Source of the DNA: Pachysolen tannophilus NRRL Y-2460
Lineage: Eukaryota
Reading direction: 5' to 3'
Length of the DNA stretch: 64,000 nt
NCBI GenBank assembly: GCA_001661245.1
Contig: KV454013.1
Span: 207,005-271,004, forward strand
In this document: positions 34,529 to 46,370 of the stretch, in pieces
Position numbering within the stretch: the first letter of the stretch is position 1
Layout of the letters: each line of letters begins with the position of its first letter
The notes under the pieces: model-generated
What the model was told of the DNA's origin: nothing
Database searches by the model: none
Seen by the model: only the letters and a program-made list of their open reading frames with translations
Made by a program: the position numbers and the translations under genes

Positions 34529-35122
34529 NNNNNNNNNNNNNNNNNNNNNNNNNNNNNNNNNNNNNNNNNNNNNNNNNNNNNNNNNNNNNNNNNNNNNNNN
34601 NNNNNNNNNNNNNNNNNNNNNNNNNNNNNNNNNNNNNNNNNNNNNNNNNNNNNNNNNNNNNNNNNNNNNNNNNNNNNNNNNNNNNNNNNNNNNNNNNNNN
34701 NNNNNNNNNNNNNNNNNNNNNNNNNNNNNNNNNNNNNNNNNNNNNNNNNNNNNNNNNNNNNNNNNNNNNNNNNNNNNNNNNNNNNNNNNNNNNNNNNNNN
34801 NNNNNNNNNNNNNNNNNNNNNNNNNNNNNNNNNNNNNNNNNNNNNNNNNNNNNNNNNNNNNNNNNNNNNNNNNNNNNNNNNNNNNNNNNNNNNNNNNNNN
34901 NNNNNNNNNNNNNNNNNNNNNNNNNNNNNNNNNNNNNNNNNNNNNNNNNNNNNNNNNNNNNNNNNNNNNNNNNNNNNNNNNNNNNNNNNNNNNNNNNNNN
35001 NNNNNNNNNNNNNNNNNNNNNNNNNNNNNNNNNNNNNNNNNNNNNNNNNNNNNNNNNNNNNNNNNNNNNNNNNNNNNNNNNNNNNNNNNNNNNNNNNNNN
35101 NNNNNNNNNNNNNNNNNNNNNN
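34529..35122. other. Assembly gap (N run)
   Basis: ~600 N. Confidence 1.
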
Positions 35123-35296
35123 NTATAATAAGTTCAAGAAAAAAAAAGAAATAAAAAATAAAAATTTAGAAAATAATAATGAAAAAAAAAAAAAAAAAAA
35201 CAAACAACAACCAACAATTTACATAAAAAATCATAACCCATCTATTCTTCTCTTTGCTTTTTTTCTAGTTTTGCGTCTTTCTATAATCATTTATGC

Positions 35297-35917
35297 TTAA
35301 ATGGATTCGTTTAAGATTTTATTTAATTTTGCAATTTTGGAAGAGACGGACAAGTCAACTGTATTGTCAGCAATTTCAACAACTAAACCACCCAAGATTT
35401 CTGGATCAACTTCATTTTTAATTTTTAAAGTCTTACCTTGACCAACATATTTAGAATCTTGAATAGCAGTACTTAATCTTTTCAAAATTTTAGAATCCAA
35501 TGGTTTAGTGGAAGTAACAATAGCTTCAACAACACCTTTATGAGCATCATTTAAAACTGAAAATTGCTTTGAAATACCTGGCAAGAGTGATAAACGATTG
35601 TTCTCAGCAAGAACTTTCAATAAATTAACAACTGTAGAATCCAATTGAACTTTAGAAGAAAGTGTATCAACAACAATTTTTCTATCATCCAGTGATAATG
35701 CAGGATTCGATAAAGTATGACTTGTACTCTTGTCACCACTTAATAATTGAGTCAACGATTGAATCGATGTGGCCGCCTTCTCAATTGTAGAATCCTTTGC
35801 TGCAGCAGTATACAATGCCGATGCATAAGTACCATCTAAACCAAACAATTGAACTGGTGGTTTAACGCTCTTAGAAGCAGTGGCCATTGACCTAATAAAC
35901 ATACGAGAAGCCATCAT
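35297..35917 (-). CDS. ATP5: ATP synthase OSCP subunit
   Basis: PPVQLFGLDGTYASALYTAA, LAENNRL, ILGGLVVE. Confidence 0.97.
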   Translation of the reverse strand: MMASRMFIRSMATASKSVKPPVQLFGLDGTYASALYTAAAKDSTIEKAATSIQSLTQLLSGDKSTSHTLSNPALSLDDRKIVVDTLSSKVQLDSTVVNLLKVLAENNRLSLLPGISKQFSVLNDAHKGVVEAIVTSTKPLDSKILKRLSTAIQDSKYVGQGKTLKIKNEVDPEILGGLVVEIADNTVDLSVSSKIAKLNKILNESI

Positions 35918-36714
35918 GCAAAAAAAAATATATAATTAAATTTCAAAAAAAAAAATAAAAAAGTCCTTCTCCTTTTTCTTTTCTTCCTAATATCTAATTA
36001 TCAATTGATTGATAGATTGATCAATTCACAAAAGATTAAATAGTATATATATATATTTTTTTTTTTGCAAATTATATAATTTTGTATTATATTGACAATT
36101 CATTATTAAAAACTTTATGAATGGAATTTTCCCTACAAATTGGCGAATTCTCGAGTAGTTGATTTGCCAAAAAGCAAAAAGCCCAAAAAAAGTTGAAAAA
36201 GTTCTGAGAATTACCAAGACGAATTTAGTAGGCGGGCAAAATTATCACGACAAGGGAAAATACTTTTTTTAGTCCAGGGGAACTAACCGGGGTGTCTTTC
36301 CAGTTGGCACGGGAAATTAGCAGTTAGGTCTTGGGCAGTGTCCTCAGTTTTTTATACGGGTAATTTACGGCACTAATATTTTTCTGCTAACAAAAAAAAA
36401 ATTTTTTTTTTTTTCAATCGCCGAATTTGGTGGTCGTGAAGGCGGCCGCAGAGAAGAGTAAGGGTGGTCGAAGTTGTGGCCGCTCGCCGCCCTCCTGCCC
36501 TGTCGCCTATTTATTGGTTTAACGACCAAATGGGCTGCAACCAAATGGGCGACGATATTATGGTTCGGTTTCTTATATTATTTCTTTAATAAACCAACGA
36601 CAGTATACGCAACTTTTATTGAGCTTGAAGCTAGCTGAAGCTAAGAGTTAGAGTTAGAGTTAGTGTCAAGAAATAGAGGTTGTTGTTATTATTTTTTTTA
36701 ATCATATCATTATT

Positions 36715-37944
36715 ATGTTTGGGAGTAGTTTGAAAAGAAGTGGAGGTGGTCTTTGGATGCTGGCTGTTCGCAGTTCATGTCCATTATCTTATACTTATAG
36801 TTTGAATAAGTTAGGACCTGTGTTATTGAGTTCTAGGTTTGCTTCTGGATCTACTAGATCCACTGGATCTACAGGATCAGATATTTCTTCTTCAAGTTCT
36901 TCTTCTGGGCCCTTGATATTGACTCTGAAAAATTTGAAAATTGTTCCAGAAACAACAGATTTAACTGAATTAGAAAAACAAGATGAAATTATTCAACGTC
37001 AAAGAAAATTATCCAAGACAGTTGTTCAGTTGAAAAAATTGAAACCAACATCTCCAGGTCTTAGATGGTGGAGAAAACCAATTTATCCTTATTTATGGAA
37101 GGGAAAACCAATGAGAAGTTTAACTATTAAAAGAGTTAGTCAATCTGGTAGAAATAATAGTGGTAGAATTACAGTTAGACATAGAGGAGGTGGTCATAAA
37201 CGTAGAATTAGATTGTTGGATTATGAAAGAAAAATTCCTGGGAAACAAACAGTTGTAAGAATTGAATATGATCCAAATAGAACTGCTCATATTGCATTAT
37301 TAAAACATAATGAAACAAATGAATATTCTTATATAATTGCATGTGATGGACTTAGAGCAGGTGATGTGGTTGAATCTTTTAGATTAGGTATCCCAAAACA
37401 ATTAATTAAAGAAATGGGAGGTAAAATTGATCCAGCAATTCTTAGTGCAAAAACTGCTCATAAGGGTAATTGTTTACCAATATCAATGATTCCTGTTGGT
37501 TCAATAGTTCATAACGTTGGTGAACATAAATTAGGACCAGCAAAATATTGTAGAGCTGCAGGTTCTTATGCAAGAATTTTATCAAAGATACCATTAAAAA
37601 ATAAAGCTATTGTAAGACTTCAAAGTGGTGAGCAACGTTATGTATCATTAGAAGCTTGTGCAACTTTAGGTGTCACTTCAAATATGGATCATCAACATGA
37701 AAGCTTAGGTAAAGCTGGAAGATCAAGACATAAAGGTATAAGACCTACAGTAAGAGGTGTTGCTATGAATAATTGTGACCATCCAATGGGTGGTGGTAGA
37801 GGTAAATCCAAGTCAAATAAATTATCATGTTCTCCATGGGGAGTCTTGGCTAAAGGTGGATTCAAGACAAGAACAGGTAAGAATATCAATAAGATGAAAG
37901 TTAAGGATAGACCAAGAGGTAAGAATAAGAAATCAAGACAATAA
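36715..37944 (+). CDS. RML2: Mitochondrial ribosomal protein uL2m
   Basis: [48 protein letters not shown]; presequence. Confidence 0.97.
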   Translation: MFGSSLKRSGGGLWMLAVRSSCPLSYTYSLNKLGPVLLSSRFASGSTRSTGSTGSDISSSSSSSGPLILTLKNLKIVPETTDLTELEKQDEIIQRQRKLSKTVVQLKKLKPTSPGLRWWRKPIYPYLWKGKPMRSLTIKRVSQSGRNNSGRITVRHRGGGHKRRIRLLDYERKIPGKQTVVRIEYDPNRTAHIALLKHNETNEYSYIIACDGLRAGDVVESFRLGIPKQLIKEMGGKIDPAILSAKTAHKGNCLPISMIPVGSIVHNVGEHKLGPAKYCRAAGSYARILSKIPLKNKAIVRLQSGEQRYVSLEACATLGVTSNMDHQHESLGKAGRSRHKGIRPTVRGVAMNNCDHPMGGGRGKSKSNKLSCSPWGVLAKGGFKTRTGKNINKMKVKDRPRGKNKKSRQ

Positions 37945-38017
37945 ATCAAATCTTGATTAAATCTTTTTATAATTTTTGTTTGTTTGCTTTCTTAAATTTT
38001 ATTCTTTCTTTTTTTTT

Positions 38018-38025
38018 TGTACATA
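38018..38025 (+). promoter_or_regulatory. Puf3 element in RML2 3' UTR
   Basis: TGTACATA ~75 nt after the stop of a mitoribosomal gene. Confidence 0.6.
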
Positions 38026-38056
38026 GTAATATATTTTAATTTCAACATGAAATCAC

Positions 38057-38716
38057 TCACTCAAATATAGGGAAAGGATCAAGTTCTAATAAAGGATCAA
38101 ATTCAATTTTTTTATCTTCTTCTTTTTCTTTTTCTTTTTTCTGTCCATAACAGTTTTCATATCTGGGATCATAATATATCCAAGAATATTTTTTATTATC
38201 AATAATCTCATCTTTATCAAAAAATTTGAAATCTTGTAATTCCAAAACACAATATTTTTGAAAATTTTGGTAAACAACATTGCAATCTTTATTCAAAATT
38301 GAAGACTGATTGTTAAGATATATCCCAAATTTTTTGAAAACTTGTAATTTTGAGTAAAACTTGATTGAAAATTCTCTAACTAACATCAATACATTTTTAT
38401 TGTTTTGAGTAAATCGTTTTCTCATTGACCTTTCTAACATTTTCACCAACTTGAGATTAATCTCCGATAATATTAAAAACCCATTCAAATCCCCTAATAT
38501 CACATAATAACCTGAAGATTTCACTGGTGTCCTACATATCTTTAAGAATTTTATAATCTTGAAAAAAACTGGATTTTTAGTATTCTTGTGGGTTTTAACA
38601 TAATTCTTAATTACCAACGGTGAATTGTAAACAGGCTCTGAAGTTATAGCTTCAATTAACCAATCCTTATTGGGTAAATAGTAGTTTCCATCATTAGCTT
38701 TCAATGGTTGAGGCAT
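38057..38716 (-). CDS. EST3: Telomerase subunit Est3 (TPP1-like OB fold)
   Basis: MP...DWLIEAI, KIIKF, ILGD....ILSEI..K.V...ER....RFT....NVLMLV pattern resembles Est3. Confidence 0.7.
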   Translation of the reverse strand: MPQPLKANDGNYYLPNKDWLIEAITSEPVYNSPLVIKNYVKTHKNTKNPVFFKIIKFLKICRTPVKSSGYYVILGDLNGFLILSEINLKLVKMLERSMRKRFTQNNKNVLMLVREFSIKFYSKLQVFKKFGIYLNNQSSILNKDCNVVYQNFQKYCVLELQDFKFFDKDEIIDNKKYSWIYYDPRYENCYGQKKEKEKEEDKKIEFDPLLELDPFPIFE

Positions 38717-38895
38717 CCTTCATGTTCTTAAGCTCATATTGATATTATGTTTTAAAATTAGTAGGTAAACAATTAAAATTTCCTAAAAAATAAGTTGACT
38801 TTTCTTCATCTACTAATTAATTCTAATATTTAATACCAATAAATCCAGTACAGAATAACTGCAATACAGAATTACAAAATCAACAAGAATATAGA

Positions 38896-40395
38896 ATGTT
38901 TTATGTGAAAGTCTTGTTGGTGTTTTCGCTTCTATTGAGGAGTTGTCAGTCTCAGTCCTATCAAGCTGTTCTGGAACTGCAAAATGGTGTTGATTCTTTT
39001 TTAGAAGAGAGCAAGTCATTATTCGATGTTGGTACAAATAACGATGGTAAGAGAACAATCGTATATGAAGACGCTAGTAAACATAAGAAGCAAGTGCTGA
39101 TAATTAGCGAAGCTGATAAGTTGGAATTAAAGAAAAAGGGAATAAAATTTCATGATATTACGAACCAGGTGATAAAGAGCAATGAAAATAGAAATTATTA
39201 CTTAAATTCTGAAATATATTTACCAAAATATAATTATCCAAATAAGACCAATTTCCATAGCGAGAAAGTAACGGAATTGATTAATGAGATTGATACCCAG
39301 TTGATGTTTGATAAGTTGTCTAATTTTTCTTCTTTTTATACTAGATATTATAAATCCGAAACAGGGTACGAATCTACACTTTGGTTATACAAGGAAATAC
39401 ATTCATTAATTTCTGATAAGATAGCTCCAAGAGTTGAGGTGAAATTGTTTGATCATAGAGACTGGAAACAGAACTCTATAATTGTGACTTTGTACGGAGA
39501 TAATGCAGTTAAAAATCCTTCTGGAGAAGGATATTCAGATAAAGGTCCAATAGTTGTATTAGGCTGTCATTTGGATTCCATCAATTTGCTTTTCCCTAGT
39601 CTATTGCTGGCACCTGGAGCAGATGATGATGGTAGTGGTGTTACCACAGTATTGGAAACATTAAGAATTATTTTGGCTTCTGCAGGAAGAAAATTTACTT
39701 TCAAAAATACCATTGAATTTCATTTTTACTCTGCGGAGGAAGGTGGATTGTTAGGATCATTGGATATTTTCCATGAGTATAGGAAAACTCAAAATTTAAC
39801 GGTTGTAGCAATGCTACAACAAGATATGACTGGTTACATTCAAAGATCATTAGAAAATGGTCGTCTGGAACATATAGGAATTATGGATGATCATACTTCA
39901 CAAACATTGACAAATTTTGTGAAAGAATTAATTAAAACTTATTGTTTAATCCCATATCATGATCTGGAATGTGGATATGCATGTTCCGATCATTCTTCTG
40001 CTTTGCAAAATGGATACCCAAGTGCTTTTGTATCTGAAGCTGAATTGAAATATGATAACCCTAATATTCATTCTGTTAGTGATACAGTGGATAAATTGTC
40101 ATTTGAACATATGGCAGAATATGTAAAACTTGGTCTTGGATACGTCTACGAATTGGGTATGTGGGAGGATATTAAAGAAATTGAAGGCGAAAAAGAGTTG
40201 GTTGCATTTCTGAAATGGAACTTTATGATAAAGAGATTTTTCTTTAGTCATTATGAAAGGTTTCTAGTTGCAGTATTGTTAAGTTTGGGTGTTATTGTCT
40301 TTATAACCTTGGATTTAGTTAGGAATTTTAATTTTAGGAGACTGCTAAGGAATTTTAGATTACGTCGGAAATATAGGTTTTTAAGTCAGAGTTAG
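38896..40395 (+). CDS. M28 leucine aminopeptidase with signal peptide and C-terminal TM
   Basis: GCHLDS, APGADDDGSG, EFHFYSAEEGGLLGS, QQDMTG, CGYACSDH. Confidence 0.93.
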   Translation: MFYVKVLLVFSLLLRSCQSQSYQAVLELQNGVDSFLEESKSLFDVGTNNDGKRTIVYEDASKHKKQVLIISEADKLELKKKGIKFHDITNQVIKSNENRNYYLNSEIYLPKYNYPNKTNFHSEKVTELINEIDTQLMFDKLSNFSSFYTRYYKSETGYESTLWLYKEIHSLISDKIAPRVEVKLFDHRDWKQNSIIVTLYGDNAVKNPSGEGYSDKGPIVVLGCHLDSINLLFPSLLLAPGADDDGSGVTTVLETLRIILASAGRKFTFKNTIEFHFYSAEEGGLLGSLDIFHEYRKTQNLTVVAMLQQDMTGYIQRSLENGRLEHIGIMDDHTSQTLTNFVKELIKTYCLIPYHDLECGYACSDHSSALQNGYPSAFVSEAELKYDNPNIHSVSDTVDKLSFEHMAEYVKLGLGYVYELGMWEDIKEIEGEKELVAFLKWNFMIKRFFFSHYERFLVAVLLSLGVIVFITLDLVRNFNFRRLLRNFRLRRKYRFLSQS

Positions 40396-40619
40396 GTTTA
40401 TGGTGATGAATTTTTTTGATATATATATTTATGAAGGAAAAAGAATGTTTTTAGATTTTTAAAAGAAACAAAACTTAGTAGCAATGGAACAGAAATTCAA
40501 TAATGAATAGTTAAAGAAAGAAACAAAAAAAGAAAAAGAATAAAAAAACGTAAAAAAATAAGAGAAGAAGAAGAAGAAGAATTATAAAACCAGATATAAA
40601 TATATTAGAAGAAAATTCA

Positions 40620-41552
40620 TTAAAAAATAACATCATCGTTATCTTGATTGTCCAACAAATTTTCACCTTCTGCATTCTCTTTTGCTCCGTTACCATTACT
40701 ATTACCATTACCAGTTTCATGTAATTTCTTGGAATCGCCATTCAATTTTTGTTGTTGCATTTTTGCTCTTATCTCTGCATCTTCAATTTCTGCTTTTTGA
40801 ATTTTCTTTTCTTGAACTTTCTTTAATCTATAAAATTCTTCTCTGTCTAACTCATCCAATTCAGAATTAATATATGCTATAGTATTTTCAGTTCTTGGTA
40901 TAACAACATGTTCAATAGCGTTGACTCTTCTATTCGTCACTTTAATAACTTCATCCAATATGATAAAAGCGGTTTGTAAAGATGCTAACTCAATTAATGT
41001 CTCCACAGCTTTTGTATATACGTTTTTACATTTCTGTACCTGTTGTCCACCTCTTCCTAAACCAGTCATTTTAAAATCGTTAATACTCTCATTAATATCA
41101 ATCTCAAATTGAGGAAGATATACACCACTAACATTTTCCTGCCTTGCCCTTACTTTAAATCTCGGCTGTTTAACACTTTCTTGAACTTGATAATTGATGT
41201 TAGAACCAGTTGCATAAGTGACTTCGGCTAATGAGAAAGCAGCAGTTTCCATGACACGGCCCATCTTACGTTTAGCATCATCAATTCTCTTTGTAATGTC
41301 TCTAAACCTCTTGGTCAAGGCCTCCGACTTTCTTTTCAATAATGAATGGCCTTGCTGAGCACCTTTTAGTTTACTCTTCATTAGACCTAACGTCATCCTC
41401 GTGGGGAAAACTTGTTCTCTATATATATATATAATAACAGTTGTTAGTACCACAATATATAATATATATATATATAACTAATTAATTAATTAAATTGGCC
41501 AAACAATCATATGGCAAATCAATTAAACATACCTGTTACCAGCACCAGACAT
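40620..41552 (-). CDS. VMA8: V-ATPase subunit D; exons 41552-41533 and 41418-40620
   Basis: Intron 41419-41532 (GTATGT/TACTAAC/TAG) gives [26 protein letters not shown]. Confidence 0.98.
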
Positions 41553-41787
41553 TGCTTCCTAAATAATTATCGTTTTATATATCGGTATTATTCTTTTATC
41601 AATTAAACTGTTGAAACTTTTATTTCATTTCACCTTTTCTTTTTTTTTAATGCAAAAAGCTAAGTAAGTAAGAAAAAAAAAAACGAAAAATTTGTGTGTT
41701 TAACTCTTCATTCAATATATATATATACACAAGAGAATTAGAAATTAGAATCACAGGCTTATAAGAGTAGAGTGAGCATATAGAGCT

Positions 41788-44268
41788 ATGCCATTAGCAG
41801 TGATAGATCAAGAAGATTTGAGATATGAAAAATTATTGTTGCAAAATCCTCATAATTTGAAAACATGGTTGAAATATTATGAGTATAAATCAAGTAATGC
41901 ATTATCATCTTATCATGATTTGGTATTTATTCTATCAAGATCGTTGAGTTATTTGAAGAGATCATATAAGTTATGGATGTTATATTTAAACTTGAAAGTT
42001 TCTTATCAAATTGAAACTGTTCATGATGTGGTGAAAACTTTTGAAGTTGCAGTTGAATTTTTGAATAAATACCCAAATTTTTGGTTATTGTATTTAAATT
42101 ATTTGATTGACAACAGCGTGGATATAAAGCTGACAAGGTTAAAATTTGACACTTGCTTGAGGATATTACCAATTGCTCAGCATTTTAGAATATGGCCAAA
42201 GTTTTTGAAATTTGGTGATTTATATGGTAATATACTTGGATTCAATATATATAAAAGATACTATATTTTTAAGAAACTGATGGGTGATTTAGAGAAGGAA
42301 AACAGTGTGAAATATGAAGATATTCTAGATAAGTTGATAGAATTTGCAACTAAAGATAATCTAGTTGATTTATGTGGGGTTTTCAATGAATTTATTAGAT
42401 CTCCTTCAATATTGTCATCATTGACGAATAAAACTGAATTAGATTTGTATTTAGATTATTTAAACAGTTTGATTAAACATAATGATAATGATTATAATCA
42501 AATTGAAAATCTTGTGACAAATTCAATTTCTAAATTTCCAGATCAAAAATTTAAATTTATTTTAAAATTAACAACTTTTTATATTAATACGGGAAATTAT
42601 GGTAAAGTTAGAGATATATTTGAAGCTAATTTGTCAAATTGCCTTACAGTTAAAGATTTTGTTTCAATTTATGATGCATATCTAGAATTTGAAGAGGCAA
42701 ATATTACTAAATTAATGGGGGAAATAGATTCCAAATCTAATGATGAAGATCCTGAATTAAATATTGAATTAGAGTTAAGATTAAAAGTTTTTGAAAATTT
42801 AATGAATAAGAGAGAATTTTTATTAAATGATGTATTTTTAAGACAAAATCCAAATAATGTACAGACATGGTTAGATAGAATAAAACTTTATGATGAATCT
42901 AATCAAGTAATTGAGATTTTAGAAACTTATGTAAAGGCTATTACCACTATTGATCCAAGAAAAGTAAATTCAAACTTACATATGATTTGGTTAGGATATA
43001 TAAAAATTTATGAATCAAATGGTGATATTGTTACTGCTAGATCAATTTTCCCAAATGCTGTAAAAGTACCTTTTAAAAATGTTACGGATTTGGTGGAAAT
43101 TTGGTTAGAATGGTGCAATTTTGAAATACGAGCAAATGAAGAAGAAGGAATTGATAATGCGATTACATTATTAGAGAATTGTTTAAATATAAAAGGAGAT
43201 ATACAACAAATACAAAAAATTGATTTCAATGATGAATCAATTCCAGCACAATCACGATTACTTAAATCTATTAAATTATGGTCATTTTATTTAGATTTAG
43301 TTGAAACTACTGGAGATATTTCAAAGACAAGTGGTCTTTATGAAAGGATGATTGATTTAAAAATAGCAAGACCAATAAATATTGTGAATTATTGTAATTT
43401 TTTAGAAGAGAATAAATTATTTGAAAAAAGTTTACAAATTTATGAAAGAAGTTTAAAAATTTTTAAATTTCCTATATTATTTGAAATATATAATATTTAT
43501 TTGGCCAAATTTTTAAAATTTCAAAAAATTATCAATATTTCCAATGAAAGAGTTAGAGATGTATTTGATGATCTATTGGAAAAATGCCCTAATTCTGATA
43601 TGGTTAAACCTATAACTATATTATATGCTAATTTTGAAGAGGAAAATAAATTACTTTCTAGAATGTTTAAAATTTATAATACTGGAATTAATAAATTAGA
43701 ATCCCCTTCAGAGAAATTAAAATTATACAAGATTTATTTATCAAAAGCATCACAATATTTACAAATTACTTCATTAAGAACAATTTATGAATCTATAACT
43801 AATGATGAATCATTACCAATAAATGAAGATTTAATGTCTATTGTTGAAAATTTTGTCAATTTAGAGATAAAACTTGATGATTTGAATAGAGCAAGACTGA
43901 TTTTAAAACATTTTTACGATATTTGTTCATCAATTAAATCTGATGTATCCATCAGGTTAAGACAAAATTTAAAAGAATTTTGGAAATTAATAGAATTGAA
44001 AAATGGTAGTGAAGAAACGTTTAAAGATATGTTGAGATATGAAAGATTATGTGATTTGAAATATGGTAGAGAAAATGAAGAGGAAAACTCTAAAGTCTTG
44101 AAAGGATTTGTCAAATCAAGTCAAGCACCAATAATTGAAGATAAGACTAACAATGACGAAAAAGATGTTAACCCAGATGCTATTGATCTAAACATGGATG
44201 ACGATGAAGATGACGACGACGACGATAACGATGAAGATGAAAGCTCACATGTTCATGACAATGCCTAA
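41788..44268 (+). CDS. SYF1: NTC splicing factor Syf1 (HAT repeats)
   Basis: DLRYE..LLQNP, RSYKLW, LRQNPNNVQTW, SIKLWSFYLDLVE, NPDAIDL. Confidence 0.92.
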   Translation: MPLAVIDQEDLRYEKLLLQNPHNLKTWLKYYEYKSSNALSSYHDLVFILSRSLSYLKRSYKLWMLYLNLKVSYQIETVHDVVKTFEVAVEFLNKYPNFWLLYLNYLIDNSVDIKLTRLKFDTCLRILPIAQHFRIWPKFLKFGDLYGNILGFNIYKRYYIFKKLMGDLEKENSVKYEDILDKLIEFATKDNLVDLCGVFNEFIRSPSILSSLTNKTELDLYLDYLNSLIKHNDNDYNQIENLVTNSISKFPDQKFKFILKLTTFYINTGNYGKVRDIFEANLSNCLTVKDFVSIYDAYLEFEEANITKLMGEIDSKSNDEDPELNIELELRLKVFENLMNKREFLLNDVFLRQNPNNVQTWLDRIKLYDESNQVIEILETYVKAITTIDPRKVNSNLHMIWLGYIKIYESNGDIVTARSIFPNAVKVPFKNVTDLVEIWLEWCNFEIRANEEEGIDNAITLLENCLNIKGDIQQIQKIDFNDESIPAQSRLLKSIKLWSFYLDLVETTGDISKTSGLYERMIDLKIARPINIVNYCNFLEENKLFEKSLQIYERSLKIFKFPILFEIYNIYLAKFLKFQKIINISNERVRDVFDDLLEKCPNSDMVKPITILYANFEEENKLLSRMFKIYNTGINKLESPSEKLKLYKIYLSKASQYLQITSLRTIYESITNDESLPINEDLMSIVENFVNLEIKLDDLNRARLILKHFYDICSSIKSDVSIRLRQNLKEFWKLIELKNGSEETFKDMLRYERLCDLKYGRENEEENSKVLKGFVKSSQAPIIEDKTNNDEKDVNPDAIDLNMDDDEDDDDDDNDEDESSHVHDNA

Positions 44269-44527
44269 AAGAGTTTGGTTTGTTAGTACGCAATTCTTTT
44301 CTCTTTCTTTTCAATTTGAAAAGTTTTAAACATTGAGACCAATACTGCATGTCTATTATATATTAAAACAATCAGATATGATTTAAGTGTTGTCTATCAA
44401 TTAAAAATTTTCAGATAATGTAGATAAGATTTGATTATTTGTTCATCATGTAATATATATTTTCCATACAATAAACTCTAGATTTGTAACCATAATAGAT
44501 ACATACCTTTAATAAAAATCGATAAAT

Positions 44528-44566
44528 TACTGAATAACTGAATAACTGAATAACTAAATAACTAAA
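44528..44566. repeat. 8-bp tandem repeat ATAACT(G/A)A
   Basis: tactgaataactgaataactgaataactaaataactaaa. Confidence 0.75.
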
Positions 44567-45087
44567 TATTAAAGTGAAAAATTTTTGTACTGTGTTTGGC
44601 CTTCTTTTTGGCTGCCTTAAAAAAAAAAAAAGTGAAAAATTTGAAAAATCCAAAAGTAGTGTTCAACCGAAACAAATTCCGAAAAAGGAACTTCATCATT
44701 TTTTGCTCTATTTTGCACCTCTTTTTCCACTTTAGGAAATTATTAAGTTTGAATTACCTATTAAAGAAATTTAAATAATTTTGGTAATTTTATTTCCGTT
44801 TACAGTAATTTTCTCACTAATCCTAGCACATGTGATAACGAAGAAGAAGCCATCAAACTATCTATAAAAAGAATTAGAAATTCACATTTAGTTGAAGAGT
44901 TTGTTTTATTCATCTTTTTTATTATTTTTTATATTTTTTTTTTCATCATTATTATCATTATTTTTGGGTTTATAATATAATATCAATCCATAGCTAGTGA
45001 AGCAAAAATTTGTTTTTGGGTTGTGATTCCTTCAAGGTTCAAACGTATATATTTAAATATATATGTTAAAAAAATTTTCATTCTTAG

Positions 45088-45615
45088 ATGGGGTTACTTT
45101 CATATTTTGATCCCAATAATCATCTAGTGTTCTTATTGTCATTTTCGTACTTGTTAAATCATAAAGATGTTGCAGCTATAGCGTTGGTGGTTAAATTTTG
45201 TTATAATTTGGTGATTTATTCATCAATTTCTATATCATTTATGGTTTTTTTACCAGTGCTTTTGTTAATAGTTGCTGATTGGTTGATATATTCTTTTAGA
45301 GTAGTAAAATATGATATTTTTAAATGCAGATGGGTTGGAAATTATTCTTCTAGTGGAGATATTCCTGGTGTTACTAATTTGGTTAAAAATTCGCCTTCAT
45401 TAACAAGCTTTTTAATGTTTTACACTTATAAAAATAAATCAGATTTTGATAGTTCAGATTGTCTAGATCCTATTGATGATTCAAGCAATAATGATGAAAT
45501 AATAGGAGATACTTCGAACTCAGGTAAAGTGTATTTAAAAAGTGAGCCAGATTCAAATAAGATCAAGGAATATGATAACACTAAGAAAAATGTGATTTTT
45601 TCTGTCTCTCGTTAG
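45088..45615 (+). CDS. Hypothetical membrane protein, 175 aa
   Basis: ATG-initiated ORF, hydrophobic N-terminal half, acidic tail; family not recognised. Confidence 0.55.
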   Translation: MGLLSYFDPNNHLVFLLSFSYLLNHKDVAAIALVVKFCYNLVIYSSISISFMVFLPVLLLIVADWLIYSFRVVKYDIFKCRWVGNYSSSGDIPGVTNLVKNSPSLTSFLMFYTYKNKSDFDSSDCLDPIDDSSNNDEIIGDTSNSGKVYLKSEPDSNKIKEYDNTKKNVIFSVSR

Positions 45616-46370
45616 TTGATTTTGGTTCATTCATTCATTCGTTCATTAACTAATTAACTAATTTTTCTTTTTTTTAAATTGCATTTTCTTTTTTTTGCTT
45701 TTTCTTTTTTTCTTTGGTGGTTTTTTGTTCTATCTTGGTTTTCTCTGCTGCGTGGAAGGTATTGAGTTTATTGAATATGGGTTAGGCACGATTCTATTTC
45801 CATATAGTTTTGCTGTTAAGAGGTTTTGTTTTAAAAAGTGGATAGTTGAGGAGCTGTTTAGAGAATTGATTTGTCTTGTTAGATTTTCTCAACTTTACTA
45901 CTTATACTCGTATACTACGTTATTTTTTTTAATTTTATGTATAAAATTGATCTTTATTTGGTCTTTCGCAATGTATGAAATTTAATTGGTTTTTATCTTA
46001 ATAGATAACAAATTTTCAGCTTTTTTTCCTTTATTAAAGTAGACTTCATCATGAAAAAATCAATGATTTTCTTATCACATTTAAAACCTCTCTAAAAGAG
46101 CTCTATAGCTTGCTCATCAACATCATATAATGGTATCTAACATCTAATAATTATTTCATTCGTCAGTGTGGTTTGATGTAAAGTGTTTCGTTTCAACTTC
46201 CCCAGATTTCCCGATTGGAAAAAAAATTACAACTTCCGCCGAAGCCCACCCGCTCGGGGATTTTAATCTATACGAGAACTATCTTTATATATTTAATATA
46301 TATTTAATATATATTTAATATATTTGATATATATATTTCAAATACGTAGTTTCTGATAACTGGTTCAAAT

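Noticed and set aside
34415..35203. 262-aa ORF
   Set aside because: Artefact of reading through the N gap.
45720..46140. Possible snoRNA in intergenic region
   Set aside because: Box-like words occur, but no convincing C/D or H/ACA architecture or rRNA guide is recognisable.
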